A stretch of 60,379 bases of DNA, the filler included, from Jimgerdemannia flammicorona (taxonomy: Eukaryota), in assembly GCA_003990765.1 (NCBI GenBank). It is 3 parts of 3 records of this genome, joined end to end, with 100 filler letters (N's around TTAATTAATTAA, not from the genome) between each part and the next. Parts side by side here need not be neighbours in the genome. Positions count along the whole stretch, not along the records: positions 1 to 20,063 come from RBNJ01001771.1; 2 more parts are not named here. The stretch is one strand, 5' to 3'. The notes under the pieces were generated by a model. It ran no database searches and was not told the origin of the DNA. It saw only the letters and a program-made list of their open reading frames with translations. Positions 1 through 13,277 of the stretch are shown piece by piece. How positions within the stretch are numbered: the stretch's first letter is position 1; every line of letters starts with the position of its first letter. The translations under genes and the position numbers were made by a program.

Positions 1-139
1 GTAAGTTCTTTATTTTCCTGATTTACTTCCTATTTATTTCCGATTTCATTTTGATTTCTGATTCCTAATTATGTTTCTGTTTGTTTATTCTAAATATATC
101 TTAGATGTGCAATATATTTTTTTTGGTGCCTTATAGCTT

Positions 140-503
140 AAAGGCGGATTAAAGACAGGTCTGTGTCGGGTTAAATACGGGTCGGGTCATGTATATTTCT
201 CGGGTCGGGTCATGTATATTTCTCGGGTTGGGTTAAAGACGGGTTACGTATAATTCCGGGTCGGGTTAAAGATGGGTGACGTACATTTCCAGGTTGGGTT
301 AAAGATGGGTGACGTATAATTCCAGATCGGGTTAAAGACGGGTGACGTATTATTCCGGGTCGGGTTAAAGACAGGTGACGTATTATTCTGGGTCGGGTTA
401 AAGACAGGTGACATATAATTCCGGGTCAGGTTAAAGATGGGTGACATATAATTCCGGGTCGGGTTAAATATGTACACGGGTCAGCTCGGGTTGCGATGCA
501 CTA
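140..503 (+). mobile_element. Terminus of a hAT-type DNA transposon with a 33-bp subterminal tandem array
   Basis: About 9 imperfect copies of CGGGTTAAAGAYGGGTGACRTATAATTCCGGGT end in ...GATGCACTA at 503 (TAGTGC on the minus strand, a hAT-like TIR start), where a LINE ORF1 is cut. The same array and a TAGTGC end flank the hAT transposase at 55339. Confidence 0.75.
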
Positions 504-1434
504 GTCCTGAGCGAGGTCCCTTCCCAGACCCTGAACCTGATATCTACCACCTTACCATATTCCACCATGAAATCCTCAACTCTCTTCCTCATCTCCATTA
601 CTGTCACCATCGGTACTCCCTTCACCAGCAGTTGGACCACCCTGGGGTCCCACTTCAGGTACCGCGCCATCGGAACACATACCTCCCCAACCACCAATCC
701 AACCTTCAGTGCCTCCTCCAGCGGTGCCGCCTCCTCAAAACCCACCTCCACTCCTTCCAGTCCCTTCAAAAACTTCACAGATGCTGCACCTGCCACCTGC
801 TTAGCGATGAGCCCCAGCACCATTTTTGCCATCACCGCTAGGCCCTGGAAGCATAGTGTGACCATGAATACTGAAATCGATTTCTTGAGTAATGGGGCCA
901 CTGCCAGACCCGTTACACCATCTGCCAAGTCCCCTTGTCTTCTAAGCCTCAGCCACTCAACCTTGCCATCAGCCATCACATCTGGATTTTTTCCAGATTG
1001 ACAGTCCTAACACCATCAGCAGTCACACCCCCCCCAGCCACTACTCCTACAGCTCCACCACCCCCCCTTCCAAGGGCTGCACCCCCTGGCACCATCGCCT
1101 TCTCAGTCTCCTTACCCTTCTTCAGCCAGCCCTCCAGCCCCGATGCCTACTGTCTCCCCTTCACCATCTCTGCGAAGCTTGCCCTCCCAGATCCTGATCC
1201 TCCACCACCTCCACCACCCCTTCCATGTCCATCCGCCAGCAGGCCCCTCATACCTCCCCCCAGGCCTGGCCCCCTCCCCACCTGCTACCAGTCGAAAGTA
1301 CTAGGGCTACCCTGCCCAGTACATACCTCAGGTTGTCTGTTGGTTGCCATGTTGTTAGTCTCTCTTTGCTGAAAATGATGTCGAAAGTGCCTTCCAAAGG
1401 TTGTGTAACCTGAATGGTACTGGAAAGAGGGCTG
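504..1434 (-). mobile_element. L1/Tx1-like LINE copy A: 5' UTR and N-terminal ORF1, cut by hAT insertion
   Basis: Conserved 5' end (CAGCCCTCTTTCCAGTACCATTCAGGTTACAC) and ORF1 motifs DLADGVTGLAVAPLLKKS, WDPRVVQLLV and RFRVWEGT, shared with the other copies. Confidence 0.85.
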
Positions 1435-4400
1435 TTGCCTACCCTTATCTTTGTACAAAAGTGCCACCAGCTCTAAGTCCTGCTCTCCAACCTACTTGCC
1501 ATTTAGAATAATATAGTCGCAGAGGGCAGCCATCTCTTCCAGCATTCCAGGGACTTTTGCCATCTTCTTCCAGAAGTCCCATGGCAACCCATCCTCCCCA
1601 GGCACTGTTCCAAGCTTCATCGCTGCCAGGACTCCTTAAATCTCCTCCTCTTGGACTGATAAGATCAGGTCACCCAGCCCCTCTACCTGCAGCAGCTCCC
1701 ACTCCTCCAGTGTGTTGCCAATTGCCTCTGCATCAGTACCCCCTTCCTCCTCACTCCACAGACCCCACCAATTCTCCTTCAATACTCCTAGGATCTGCTG
1801 CATACCATGCACCAACTCTCCCTCAGCATCAATGACCCCATCCCACCAATGTCTCACCTGCCTGGCTTTGAGGAGCCTAGACAAGTACCTAGTAGGCCAC
1901 TCCCCCTCCTCAAGCCCCTGCAACCATAGCCTGGCAGCCATTCCTCATATATGAGTCTCCTCCTCCTCTCTCAATACCTGTTGCAGTTCCACCACTTCCA
2001 ATTTTGCCCTCCCTAACCTCCAGTCCTCCACCTCATCAGACATAAGCAAATCTGCCCACTCCAACTGCAATCTCCACAGCCTATCTGAAGCACACTGTAC
2101 TTGCCTCCTCCGCTGTCTCCCTGCCTCTCTACCAGCTCCACCCCAATAAATCCTCACAGCCTCCTTCAACCTCATTCAATGGACACCCACAGTCAAACCC
2201 TCCTGCCTTCAAAGTGGAACCTTTGCCTGGATGTCCTCTACCCATGAGTCCCACAACCCCTTCACAGCCAGCAGGGAGGAGTTAAGACACCAATGTCCAG
2301 GTCCATCTCCACTCCCCCCAACCACCTCTGCCCAAGCAGTCCCCAGTAATCAGACCATGGGTACCACACCACCTCCAAAGTCTTCCAGACATCAGTACCC
2401 CAACATTCGGCTGTCAAAATCCAATCAATCCTCATCCCTAGGCCATTCACCCAGTGTGTGTAGACTCTGGAGTTGCCCCACCATGTTCTGCCCATATCTC
2501 CTAAGGAGCTAAGGCTTTCTACCTCCTCTCATACATCTAGACCACCACTCCTCTCCCCAGCATTTCTCTCTCCATCAGTTCTATCCAGCTGTAGATTCTG
2601 AACTATGTTAAAATCACCACCAAGAACATTGACCCCTTCCTCCAAGAGAATGCCCTCCTCCAGTAGCTCCTTAATCTATACAATCCTCTCTCCCCTAGCC
2701 GCTGGACAGTAACAAGAGCCCACCCTCACCGATTCCCACCCTGGCCAGTACCATTCACCCCAGACCAAATGATCTCCCCTGCTCTTGATTTCCTCCAAAT
2801 CCCCTCTACCCTTCTTTACCAGAATTGCCACCTTTCCAAACCAAGTGGTAGCCCCACCCCATTCCTTAGTCCACTCTACCTGATCATCCTCATCCTCACA
2901 TCGAACATCATACAGTAAAAAGAGATCAGCCTCCAATTTTCTTAGCCATGTAAAAATGTTCTTATACTGCACAGATCCCCAAAGGTCATTCACATTGAGA
3001 GAGAAAATGTTAGTTGTACTCTTCATAAGGAATAATGTTAAAAATCAAACTTCTCCTCTACAAATCTATACTCAAGTCCTCCTATGCCAAATCCAAGATA
3101 TGTTCTGCTGCCAGTTCCTTCTTCTCAACTTCCTGTGCCTCTAATCCCCCCAGAAGTTCAACCATAGCCCCATCCTCTTTCTCCTCAAAGTTCTCCCGAT
3201 ACTCCACACATACCTCCCACCAGAACTGCAAACCATGTTGTTCTGCCCAACAGTAGGCAGCCCTCTCACCAGCAACAACCATCAGCAAGATCACAAGAAT
3301 CTCCACCTTCAGCACCTCCATCACACCATTACCTTGCAGGATCCATGTCCAGTACTCCTCTAGCATGATCCCTAGATCCACTTCTCCCAACACCTCAGTC
3401 ACAAGGTTATCCATCACCTTGTTCATCCACTGTAGATTCCCAATCTCCTTCCCTCCAGGGGTCCCCAGCTGCCCTGCATCCAGTATCATAGTATCTGCAC
3501 CAACACTGGCATCCTCATTCCACTCCTCCTCTGGGATATCCACCAGCTCATCCTTACCAACTGCCACCACCTGGCCCCCTTTCACCACATCTGGGACCCC
3601 AAAGGTAACTCGCTGGGCCCCCTGCATCGGAATATCCTCTGCCGCCCCTCTCCGCCCCCCCGGGCCCCTCCTGATAAGTGGGGGAGGAGTGCTATCTGAT
3701 TCCTCCTCTCAAACTTCAAAAGTACCATCTGCATAGGGATCCATACCCAGCACCTTCACCACCCATTCTTCCATCACCACCGCCTCCTTCCCTCCTTCAC
3801 TAGTCCATACACTGGCTTTGACACCTCCAGCCTCCTCAGCCCCATCTATCTTTCTCTTCTCCCCTCCAGACATCCTCGCCAAGAGCTCCCTCTGCCTCAG
3901 GCACCCCTGGGCCTGCTCCCACTACCTCTTGTCAGTGCGGACATGCTTCTCCTCTACAATCTCCAGGTGTGTTGACTCCTCAAAGAGCTTCCAGGCTTTC
4001 ACCCTCCTCTCTACAGCACCACCCAACTCCTCTAGCACCTCCAACAAGTCCTCCACCTCCTCTTCACTCCCTTTCACCTGTGACACCTTACAGATAAAGG
4101 CCCCCAACATCAATACTGAGGGCCAGTCTCTTATCTTCCCAGTGGCCTCCTTCTCTGCCAGCCAAATCCTGACATCGACATCACCTGTTCTGATCATTGT
4201 CCCCTCCTACACCTGAAAGCCGATGTCCATGACATCCTCATACTCTGCCATCACCTCCTCCACTCTCCTCCTAGTCTCCTCCTTAGTCACCATGGGCACC
4301 CCCCTCACCAGAAGCTGCACCACCCTGGGGTCCCACCTCAAGCACCTCACCAAGGAGACTGCTACCTCCCCAACTACTACTCCAGCCTTCAGGGCCTCAT

Positions 4401-5130
4401 CCAGTAGGCCTGTCTCCTCAAAGCCCACCTCAATCCCCTCCAGGCTCTTCAAGAATTTCACTGAGGCTGCCCCAGCCACCTGCTTCAAGATAAGCCCCAG
4501 GACCATCCTCACTATCATGCTAAGCCCTAGAAGCACAAGGTAGCTACGAACTCCAAAATCGACTTCTTGAGCAATGGAGCCACTACCAGTCCTGTTACAC
4601 TATCTACCAGGTCTCCTTTCCGCATTGGGAACCCCTGCCCCCCCTGACCATCAGCTGTCACATCTCTTTTTTTTTCCAGATTCGCTGTCACACCACCATC
4701 AGCAGTCCCGCCACTACCCCCAGCAGTCCCTCCACTTCTCCCACCTCCCACCTGTGAAGGTCCAGCTCCCCCAGCATCCCCAGCCTTCTGCTTCCCCTTC
4801 CCTCCTGCCTGATCACCTTGTGCTCCCCTCGGCCAACCCCCAGTCCTCAGCATGTCTGCAAAGCTCCTCCCCTGCTGCCCTCCAGCCCCCCCACTGGTGC
4901 CACCTCCACTACTTGAGCTACCCAGTCCACTTGAGCCACCGAAAGACCCCATCCCCAGCCCATGCCCCCTCCCAAAATGCTGCCAGTCGAAAGCCCCAGG
5001 TCCACTCAACCTAGTACGTATGTCAGCTTGCTTTCTGCTTGACATCTTCTTAATATCTTTCTCCAATAAACAAATCGAAAGTGTGTTTGTAAAATGTGTG
5101 TAATGTGAAATGTAGTGGAGAGAGATGTTG
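1435..5130 (-). mobile_element. LINE copy B (degenerate ORF1 about 5045-3050; ORF2 endonuclease to start of RT, 3026-1435)
   Basis: ORF2 starts MKSTTNIFSLNVN with AP-endonuclease motifs GGDFN and RIDWIL, then PGEDGLPWDFW. Many premature stops. Confidence 0.9.
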
Positions 5131-5575
5131 CTTCTGAAATTCTCCAAGTCCCTTCCGAAATCACCTGGTACACCTCTATGCCTTGAGGATGAGTGAGAGT
5201 CCCCCCCCTGAGTAAAGAAAGCCTAAGGGCCTGATGCACATCCCCCAGCCTACCAGAGCATATCAGTGAATTGGATGCTCACCACAAAGCCAGCCATATT
5301 GCCAGATGTAAGACTTCACATCACCTTGAGAACTTGCCAGTGGCTCCCAGAGCATGCCTCACACTGTCTGGCCCACAAAACGATGAAACCCTTGAATTCT
5401 TGAAAACTGTAGCCTTGAGGTTGGGGCAACTTGACACCATTGGACTTCTCTTCTCTCGCTGCTTCTGGCACACCCAACCTTGGGACACTGATGGCCCCCC
5501 TTTCCCTGCACTATAGGGATCCAATTTTCACCCAGACCTTTTGACTGGTATGGTTCAAGAGAAAGAAGTCCCTCC
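5131..5575 (+). mobile_element. Probable fragment of a different non-LTR element (post-RT region)
   Basis: Translation ITW..RVPPLSKESLRA..AHHKASHIAR resembles the W..P...GGLG....A...IxR motif that follows L1/Tx1 RT. Not homologous to the flanking copies at the DNA level. Confidence 0.35.
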
Positions 5576-8500
5576 TCCTCCCTTCTCCCCTTATCTTTGA
5601 ACAATAAGGCCACCAGCCCCAAGTCCTGCTTGCCAACCCACTCACCATTCAGAAGAACATAGTCACAGAGGGCAGCTATCTCCCCTAACACTCCAGGAAC
5701 CTTCACCATCTTCTTCCAGAAGTCCCAAGGTAACCCATCCTCTCCTGGCACTGTCCCTAGCTTAGTTGCTGCAAGGACTCTCTGGATCTCCTCCTCTTAG
5801 ACTGATAAGATCAAATTACCCAGTCCTTCTACTTGCAGTAGCACCCACTCCTCCAGTGTGTCTTCAATTGCCTCTTCATCAGCTCCCCCTTCCTCCTTAC
5901 TCTACAGACACCTCTAGTTTTCCTTCAGTACTCCCAAGATCTGCTGTGTACTATGCACTATATCACCCTTGGCATCCAAGACCCCATCCCATTGGTAGTG
6001 TACCCTCCTAGCTTGGAGAAGTCTTGACAGATATCTAGTAGGCCACTCTCACTCCTCAAGCCCCTGCCACCATAGTCTGGCTGCCATTCCTTTCATACAA
6101 ATCTCCTCCTCTTTTCACAATATATGTTACAGCTCTATTATCTCCAATTTCGCCTGCTCCAACCTTCAATCCTCCTCCCCTTCAGAATGAAGCAACTTGG
6201 CCCACTCCATCTACAATCTAATCAGCCTATTAAAGCACACTGTACTCACTTCCTTCTCTGCCTCCCAGCCTCCCTACCAGCTTCTCCTCAATAAACCCTC
6301 ACAGCCTCCTTCAACCTTATCTACTGGACATCCACAGATGATCTCTCATATATTCAGGTGGTGATCTTCACTTGGACATCCTCCATCCATGGGTCCCACA
6401 ACCCCTTCTTGGCCAGTAGGGAGGAGTTAAGATGCTAATGTCCAAGTCCATCTCCACTTCCCCCAAACTGTCTCTGCCCCAATAGTCCTCAGTGATCAGA
6501 CCAAGGGCACTACTCTATCTCCAAAGTCCTCCAAACATCAGCACCCCAATATTTGGCCATCAGAATCCAGTCAATCCTTATACCCAGTCCATTTACCCAG
6601 TATGTATAGACCCTCCTGTCACCCCACTGTGTTCTGCCCATATCCCCTAAGGAGCTAAGGTTCTCCATCTCCTCTCCTCCCACTTATCCAGTCCACCACT
6701 CCTCCCACCTGCACTCCTTTCTCTATCAGTTCTATCCAGCTATGGATTCTGCACTATATTAAAGTCACCTCCCAGGACATTAACACCTTCCTCCAAGAAA
6801 ACACCTTCCTCCAACAGATCCCTAATTCACTCAATCTGCTTATCCCTAACTGCAGGGCAGTAGCAGGAACCAACTCTCACTGATTCTCACCCAGGTTGGT
6901 GCCAATCTCCCCAGACCAAATGGTCCCCTCAGCTCTGAATTCCACCCAAGTCCCCTCTACCCTTCCTCACCAGAATCACCACTTTGCCATTCTAAGCAGT
7001 AGCCCCTCCCCATTCTCTAGTCCACTCCACTTGATCTTCCTCATCCTCACACTATACATCCTGCAGTAAAAAGAGATCAGCCTCCAATCTCTTAAGCTAA
7101 GTAAAAATGTTCCTATGCCACCCCAATCCCTGTAGCCCATTCACATTTAGAGAAAATATGCTAGTTGTACTATTCATAAGGAATAATATTGGTTATCAAT
7201 TATGCCCTCTACAAATCTGCATTCAGCTCCTCCTGTGCCAAGTTCAAGTCATGTTCCACAGCCAGTACTCTCTCTTCAGTCACCTTTGCCTCTAACCCAG
7301 CCAGAAGTTCTACTATTGCCTCATCCTCCTTTTCCTTGAAGTCCTCCCAGTATTCCAAGTATGTCTCTGGCAAGAGTTGAAATCCATAATGCTCTGCCTA
7401 ACAATAGGTAGCCTACTCACCAGCAATGATTACCAACTCAGCCTCCCTAATCTCATCCACTACATATCCCTCCTCTATCTTGAAAATCACAAGTATCTCT
7501 GCCTTCAATACCTCCACCACTCCATCTCCATGCAGAATCCATGCCCAATGCTCCTCTGGCATCACACACAGATCAACTTCTCCCAACTCCTCAGCCACAA
7601 GGTTATCCATCACCTTGCTCATCCACAGCAAGTTTCCCACCTTCCTCCCTTCAGAAGTCCCTGGTCACCCTGCATCCAGCATCATGGTATCTGCTCCCAC
7701 ACTGGCAGCCTCATCCCACTCCTCCTCTGGGACATCCACCAGCTCATCCTCACCAACTGCCACCACCTGGCCCCCTTTTGCCACATCTGGGACTCCAAAG
7801 TGAACTTACTGGGCCCCCTGCATCAGCACATCCTCTACTACTCCTCTCTTCCCAACCAGGCCCCTCCTGATAAGTGGGAGGGGGGGTGCCATCCAACTTC
7901 TGCTCCCAAACTTCAAAGGTACCATCAGCATAGAGGTCCTTACCCAGTACCTTTCCAGTCTCTTCCTCATTTGCCCCCACCTCCTCTCTATCTTTGCTAG
8001 CTCAGATGCTGGCTTCAACACCTCCAGACTCCTCAGCTCCAACCAACTTCTTCTTCACCCCTCCTTTTATACTTGCCAAAAGCTCCCTCTGCCTCTTGCA
8101 CCCCTGGGCCCACTCCCACTGCCTCCTGTCAGTATGGATACATTTTCCATCCATGACCTCCAGATGCATCAACTCTTCATACAGCTTCCAGGCTTTCGCC
8201 CTTCTCTCCACAGTACCACTCAACTCCTCCAGAGCCTCCAACAAGTCCTCCTCCTCCTCTTCACTCCCTTTCACCCTTGACACCTTACAGATAAAGGCCC
8301 ACTACATCAGTATTAAGGGCCAGTCACTTGTCTTCCCTGTGGCCTCCTTTCCTGTAAGCTGGATCCTGATATTGACATCGCCTGTCCTGAATGTTGTCCC
8401 CTCCCACATCTGGAAGCCAATGTCCACCACATTACTATACTCTGCCATCACCTCCTCTATCCTCCTCCTAGTCTTCTTCTTTGTCACTGTAGGCACCCCC

Positions 8501-9320
8501 CTCACCAGAAGCTGCACCACCCTGGGGCCCCACCTCAAGCACTACACCATGGGGACCACCACTTCCCTAACTACTACTCCAGTCTTCAGGGCCTCATCCA
8601 GTGGGTCTGCCTCCTCAAAGCCCACCTCAACCCCCTCCAGACCCTTCAGGAACTCCACTGAGACTGCCCCAGCTACCTGTTTCAAAATAAGCCTCAGGAC
8701 CATCCTCACTATCACTGCCAAGCCCCAAAAGCACAAGGTAGCTGCAAACTCTGAGATCGACTTCTTGAGCAATGGGGCCACTGCTAGCCTCATTACACTA
8801 TCTGCCAGATCCCTCTTCCATATTGGGAACCCCTGCCCTACCTGGCCATTAGCCATCACATCTCTTTTTTTTCCTGATTTTCCATCACACTCCTATCAAC
8901 AGTCACACCCCCAGCCACAGCCCCTCTAGCCCCTATGCTCACATCTCCCACCTGAGGGCTACTCCCCCTCCTGACACTAGTCTTGCCCTTCCCCTCAGCA
9001 GTGCCAGCCCTGGTTCCAGCAGGCCATCTACTCACCTTCACCTTGTCAGTAAAGCTGGAGGGACCAGGCTTTCCCCCAGATCCACCTGATACTATTCCCC
9101 CTCCAGAGCCTTTGCCACCCTTCAACTCTCCAAAAGCCCCCATCCTCAATCCATAACCTCTCTCCACATGCTGTCAGCTAAAAGCCCCAGGTCTACCTGA
9201 CTCAGCACACCCTTCAGAACTCTTGCTCAATGACATTTTTATAGTACCTTTTCTCTGAGTTGTGTTGAAAACTGTTGCTTAAAGTTTGTGTAATGTGAAT
9301 TGTACAGGAGAAAGGCTGTG
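5576..9320 (-). mobile_element. LINE copy C (5' end, ORF1, ORF2 to start of RT), heavily mutated
   Basis: Same 5' end motif at about 9320, ORF1 motifs, ORF2 ATG at about 7177, PGEDGLPWDFWKK...LVALLFKDKG at 5751-5580. Confidence 0.9.
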
Positions 9321-9485
9321 TGACATCAATTGATATAAAATTTGAAAATGACCAAAAAAGGCAGATGTTATATATAAAATCCAAAATAATTGATTTTTGT
9401 TTTATTAGAGGATACTATATACTTCTAGTTATCTAATATCAGTCTTTCCTGTATAGTATTTATTTATTCTCCTATTATTCTTATA

Positions 9486-11544
9486 TATTATAATGGTATA
9501 GCCAGATTTGGAAGAAGGAAATAGGGAACAGACACTTGATTGTACCTAGTCCCAAAGTAGTATAGCTACATAGTTAGCAGTCCTCGATTCCGCCATTTGT
9601 TAAATATTTCGCAAAGTGTGAGATCGAGCTTCTCGATTTAGTATAGCATTTCACAACTGGTGAAATATTTCACAAAGTGTTAAATGACTCATAACTTAAC
9701 CACATAACTCAGTAATCATCTCATAGCTAGCAAACTTATATAAATAACCCAGTATCTTCAAGTGAATAAACCTCAGATCAAAATAGTTCAAAGCAAAGAG
9801 ATAGCAAAGGAACTAGTAAGCCTGCAGGCAGATATACTTTGAACTCACCCACTCTCCCCTGCAACTTCAAGAGACTCTGCAAGAGTCAGAACAGTCAAGT
9901 TTTCAAAATATAGAAATCTGACATACTTTCAAGAGTAAGCATCTGCTACATTACAACTTGGTGTCTATTGGCTGGTAATTCAAGATGAATCCCTCACTTT
10001 CAAGCTGAACAATGAACAACTGCAACAAAAACCCACACAATACAATCAGACAAAATGGATATAAGACCACCAGTATTCCACAGGTATACCTCAGATGAAT
10101 TAATCATCACCTTCATTGATGATTTCAAGCAGTATGCTGCTATAAGGACCCTGACAGCAGCACAGCAAGTAGCCCTCATGCCCTTCAGCCTATGAGGTCC
10201 TGCCAGAGCAGCATTCACAGCTACAACCCATACAGAAAATGATGCTGATGCTATACTGACAGCACAGAAGACCTGGCTCTAAAATACATACTATATAGAC
10301 GAGATCAAGCAAGCCCTGAAGGATCAGCTCAACACAATATGCCAGGGAATGAGTGAGGATCCAAACACATTCTATACCAGAATTCAATATCAGATAATCC
10401 TCACAGATTATGCTGCTGTTATCCGAGATTAAGTAGCCGAAGCAACCTTCATGAAAGGAGTCCACCCAGAAATAGCTATGGCCATCCGCTCATCACCAGT
10501 AATTCTGGATCTGCCACAGAAGGTCACCTATGCTCAGCGATACTGGATAGCCAGACATCCACAAGACCATACAATGGAAAGAGTCATGGGAGTCAAAATT
10601 GAAGTACCTAAGGCAACCAGTGTGATCCCTACCACAATGATCAATCGAAACACACCTCAGCCAAAAACTACAGAGCAGCAAAAGAACAGTGACCTTATGG
10701 AGGAACTCGCCAAAAGGTTTGCTGAAATGACTGCCCACCTGGGAGATGTGGTAAAGGAAATTCGAGGAAGAGACTGCTGCCCTGTTTAGCAGTTTGCCAC
10801 CACCTCAGATAAGAAGAAAGGTACCTGCTACAGCTGTGGAGAAGAAGGCCACTACTTCTATGAATGCATGAGCGAAACCAAGTACAAGGCTCAACCAAGC
10901 AATGCCACATGAAACAAGGAGTAGGTCAATACAATCACCTTTGAGGAAATTGGAGATTCTGATAAAGAAGAATAGGAGGCCTATCCTGCTCAGACTACCA
11001 AGAAGGATGTTCACAAGGAACCCTACAAGAGACCACCAGGAAGACCTAAGAAGAATCCAGTAGAAAAGCAGATAGAAATGGCCACCGAAAGCCAAGCTGA
11101 AGAGATGGACCAAGATATGGAGCTGGAGCAAGCAGTTCAAGATATCATCTGAGGAACTACCCCAGCCAGTGAAGGAGAAAGAGAAAAGAAACTTCGCAAG
11201 ACCAAGACTTTCAAGTATGATATCTTCAAGGACCTTAGCCAACAAAAGGTCAATGCAACCTTTGGTCAGCTTGCAGAAATCCCAACATTCAGATAACAAA
11301 TGAGATTTAGACTTGCCAAAACAACTAAGGAACAAGGATAGAAGATAACTGAGGCCAATAATATTCAAGAGGACTCAGGAGAAGAAAGTGAGGACAATTA
11401 CAAAATCTCTGCTTATGCAATATGCCAAATCAAAGATAGAATCTTTGAAGCCATTATTGATATGGGAGCAGGAGGATGTCTCTTCAGCAAGAAGGCAGCA
11501 GACTGCCTAGGTTGGGATGTGGAAGAAGCAACTAAGCTGGTGTT
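9486..11544 (+). mobile_element. Ty3/Gypsy family 1: 5' LTR (about 9486-9955), PBS, degenerate gag and protease, interrupted at 11545
   Basis: LTR ends ...ATTACA at 9955, followed by ACT-TGGTGTC. Gag with DIRPPVF and zinc knuckle CYSCGEEGHYFYEC (about 10825-10868). Protease AIIDMGAG (decayed DTG) at about 11450-11475. Confidence 0.8.
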
Positions 11545-12366
11545 TGTAATAACTCTCACTTCTATCCCTCTCTTATCCTTAGGATAATTAGGGAAGTGGA
11601 CTATTACTTAGAGACTTAGTATACAATGTGTACCAAGAAGCCTTCAGTTGAGGAAGCACTCACTTAAAGTAGTTGTAGTGGCAGTGCCTTATCTTTCAAA
11701 GGTCTTTCTGGTTTGCCTTCAGTTTCAAAGGTCTTTCTCTTGTGCCCTATTTTGAGGGTCTTGTTCTTTGCTGTGCACAGACTGAATTTGCCTTGGAATT
11801 CAGGTTCAATGGGTTTACTTAAGTCTTTGGGGATTTATATACCAGTCTCAGTTCTGGCAGAAGTTAGCTAGGCTTCTGGAGTTTAGTCAGAAACACTAGA
11901 GTCACTTAGATGTCATTACTAAGACTCAGGGGAATGTGTGTGTGTGGGGGGGACTTGATTCTTGTATCAAGGACTGAACTAAAACTGCTTATTTCGGATG
12001 GAAACTGGGGGGGGTATTTATACAAGTTGGTCTGCAATTTCTGACTAAGTATGAGTGACTAATTTGGTAAATATAATGAGGTTTGTGATCACGACTTTTG
12101 TCAGGTGGTTTTTGGCAAAAACAACTTTGTGATCAGGACCTCAATTACTAGGCAATGATCAGCAACTGTGGCAACTGTTACTGCAGCGCCGATTGTTGGG
12201 GATAAGCTGGATATCATTTTCCACGTCGTTTCGCATCATTTGTTCATTTGTTATTCATATGCCACACTCAATCATATGATGACATCATCGCCAGGTCACG
12301 TGATCATTTGTCATTCATTGTTTGTCGCTTGTCGCTCGTCGCTCATCGCTTGTTCATTCTATTACA
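11545..12366 (-). repeat. 3' LTR of family 2 (822 bp, TGTAAT...ATTACA)
   Basis: Inverted termini, PPT immediately adjacent (12367-12380), TATAAATA on the minus strand at 12015-12022, first 134 bp repeated at 19930-20063. Confidence 0.9.
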
Positions 12367-12377
12367 TCCTTCCCCCC

Positions 12378-13205
12378 TTAGAAATCAACATCCTCGTTGA
12401 TTGAGAAATTGAGAACCAGGGGAGAGAAAGGTGGGGAATCCTCCTCAGGGTCATTACTATCTTCTTCAGGGGCAGGGGGGGTGGTTACTGGTGGTTTGCT
12501 GTCCAGGATGGAGAAGTCAATGAGGTCTGCAAATGGTTCTCACACTGGGTTTTGTACTGGTGTTGGGGTTCTCCATCTGATGTGGTTGGGGCCATCCAAG
12601 TAGGGCTCTTGATCTTCATGCCTGGGAATATCCATTTGAATAGGTGGTCCTTCAAAGAGGTCAGAGAGGCCTTGGAGCCATTGGTCAGGGTTGTCATTCA
12701 GGAGGGGGCTCCAGTAGGGTTTGCAGTCAGTAGACTTGGGGGTGATCCAGAAGTTGGCTTCTTGGGCTACCTTGATCTCTAGTTCATCGACCTCAGGGAA
12801 AGAGAGGTTCTGGAAGTCCTTCAGTTGTATATAGTTGAGGTTGGGGATCATGAAAGGTGTATGATGTATGATTTGATGGACCTTCTTGGCAAGTCTTTGC
12901 TCATGCCTGTCTAGGTGAGTCCAGTCAGAGATTTGGTCCATAGGCAGGTCCTTTGCATGTTGGAGGAGTTGATGGCCAATCTTGTATTCATGCCAGATCT
13001 CTAGGTGGCTGGTGGTAAGGTAGGCTCTGTCAATGAGTTCACGACGGTCAAGGACATACTGTCCTAGGTCTGGGCTAGAGAGGTTAAGGGCCTCTGAGTG
13101 GCAGTTCCTTCCTTGGATGGCAACCTGGATGTGTCCAAAGAGGCAGTCAATCTGGCTTGGGAGGGGCTGGCTACGGCGGGCAGTTTGGCGGTAGGTGGCA
13201 GGCAT
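12378..13205 (-). pseudogene. Accessory ORF3 of family 2 (275 codons, one internal TGA at 12540)
   Basis: The 221-aa ORF continues in frame through a TGA (likely CGA>TGA) to a TAA abutting the PPT. It is homologous to the ORF at 21233-22432. Confidence 0.75.
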
Positions 13206-13269
13206 TCTTGTCTTGACTTTTCTTTGTGAGGAAAGGGGGATGAGAGTTGCGAGATATTCTTGCCTTGGG

Positions 13270-13277
13270 TATTTATA
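13270..13277 (-). promoter_or_regulatory. TATA box for ORF3
   Basis: TATAAATACCC 65 nt upstream of the ATG, in the same context as the LTR TATA boxes at 12015 and 21036. Confidence 0.55.

Noticed and set aside
140..480. 33-bp array (and 55400-55620) as a CRISPR array or a repeat protein (SPIFNPTRNYT)
   Set aside because: Head-to-tail repeats without unique spacers, no cas genes, eukaryotic context. The ORFs arise because the unit length is a multiple of 3.
12378..13205. ORF3 as an envelope gene
   Set aside because: No signal peptide, transmembrane helix or fusion-protein features.
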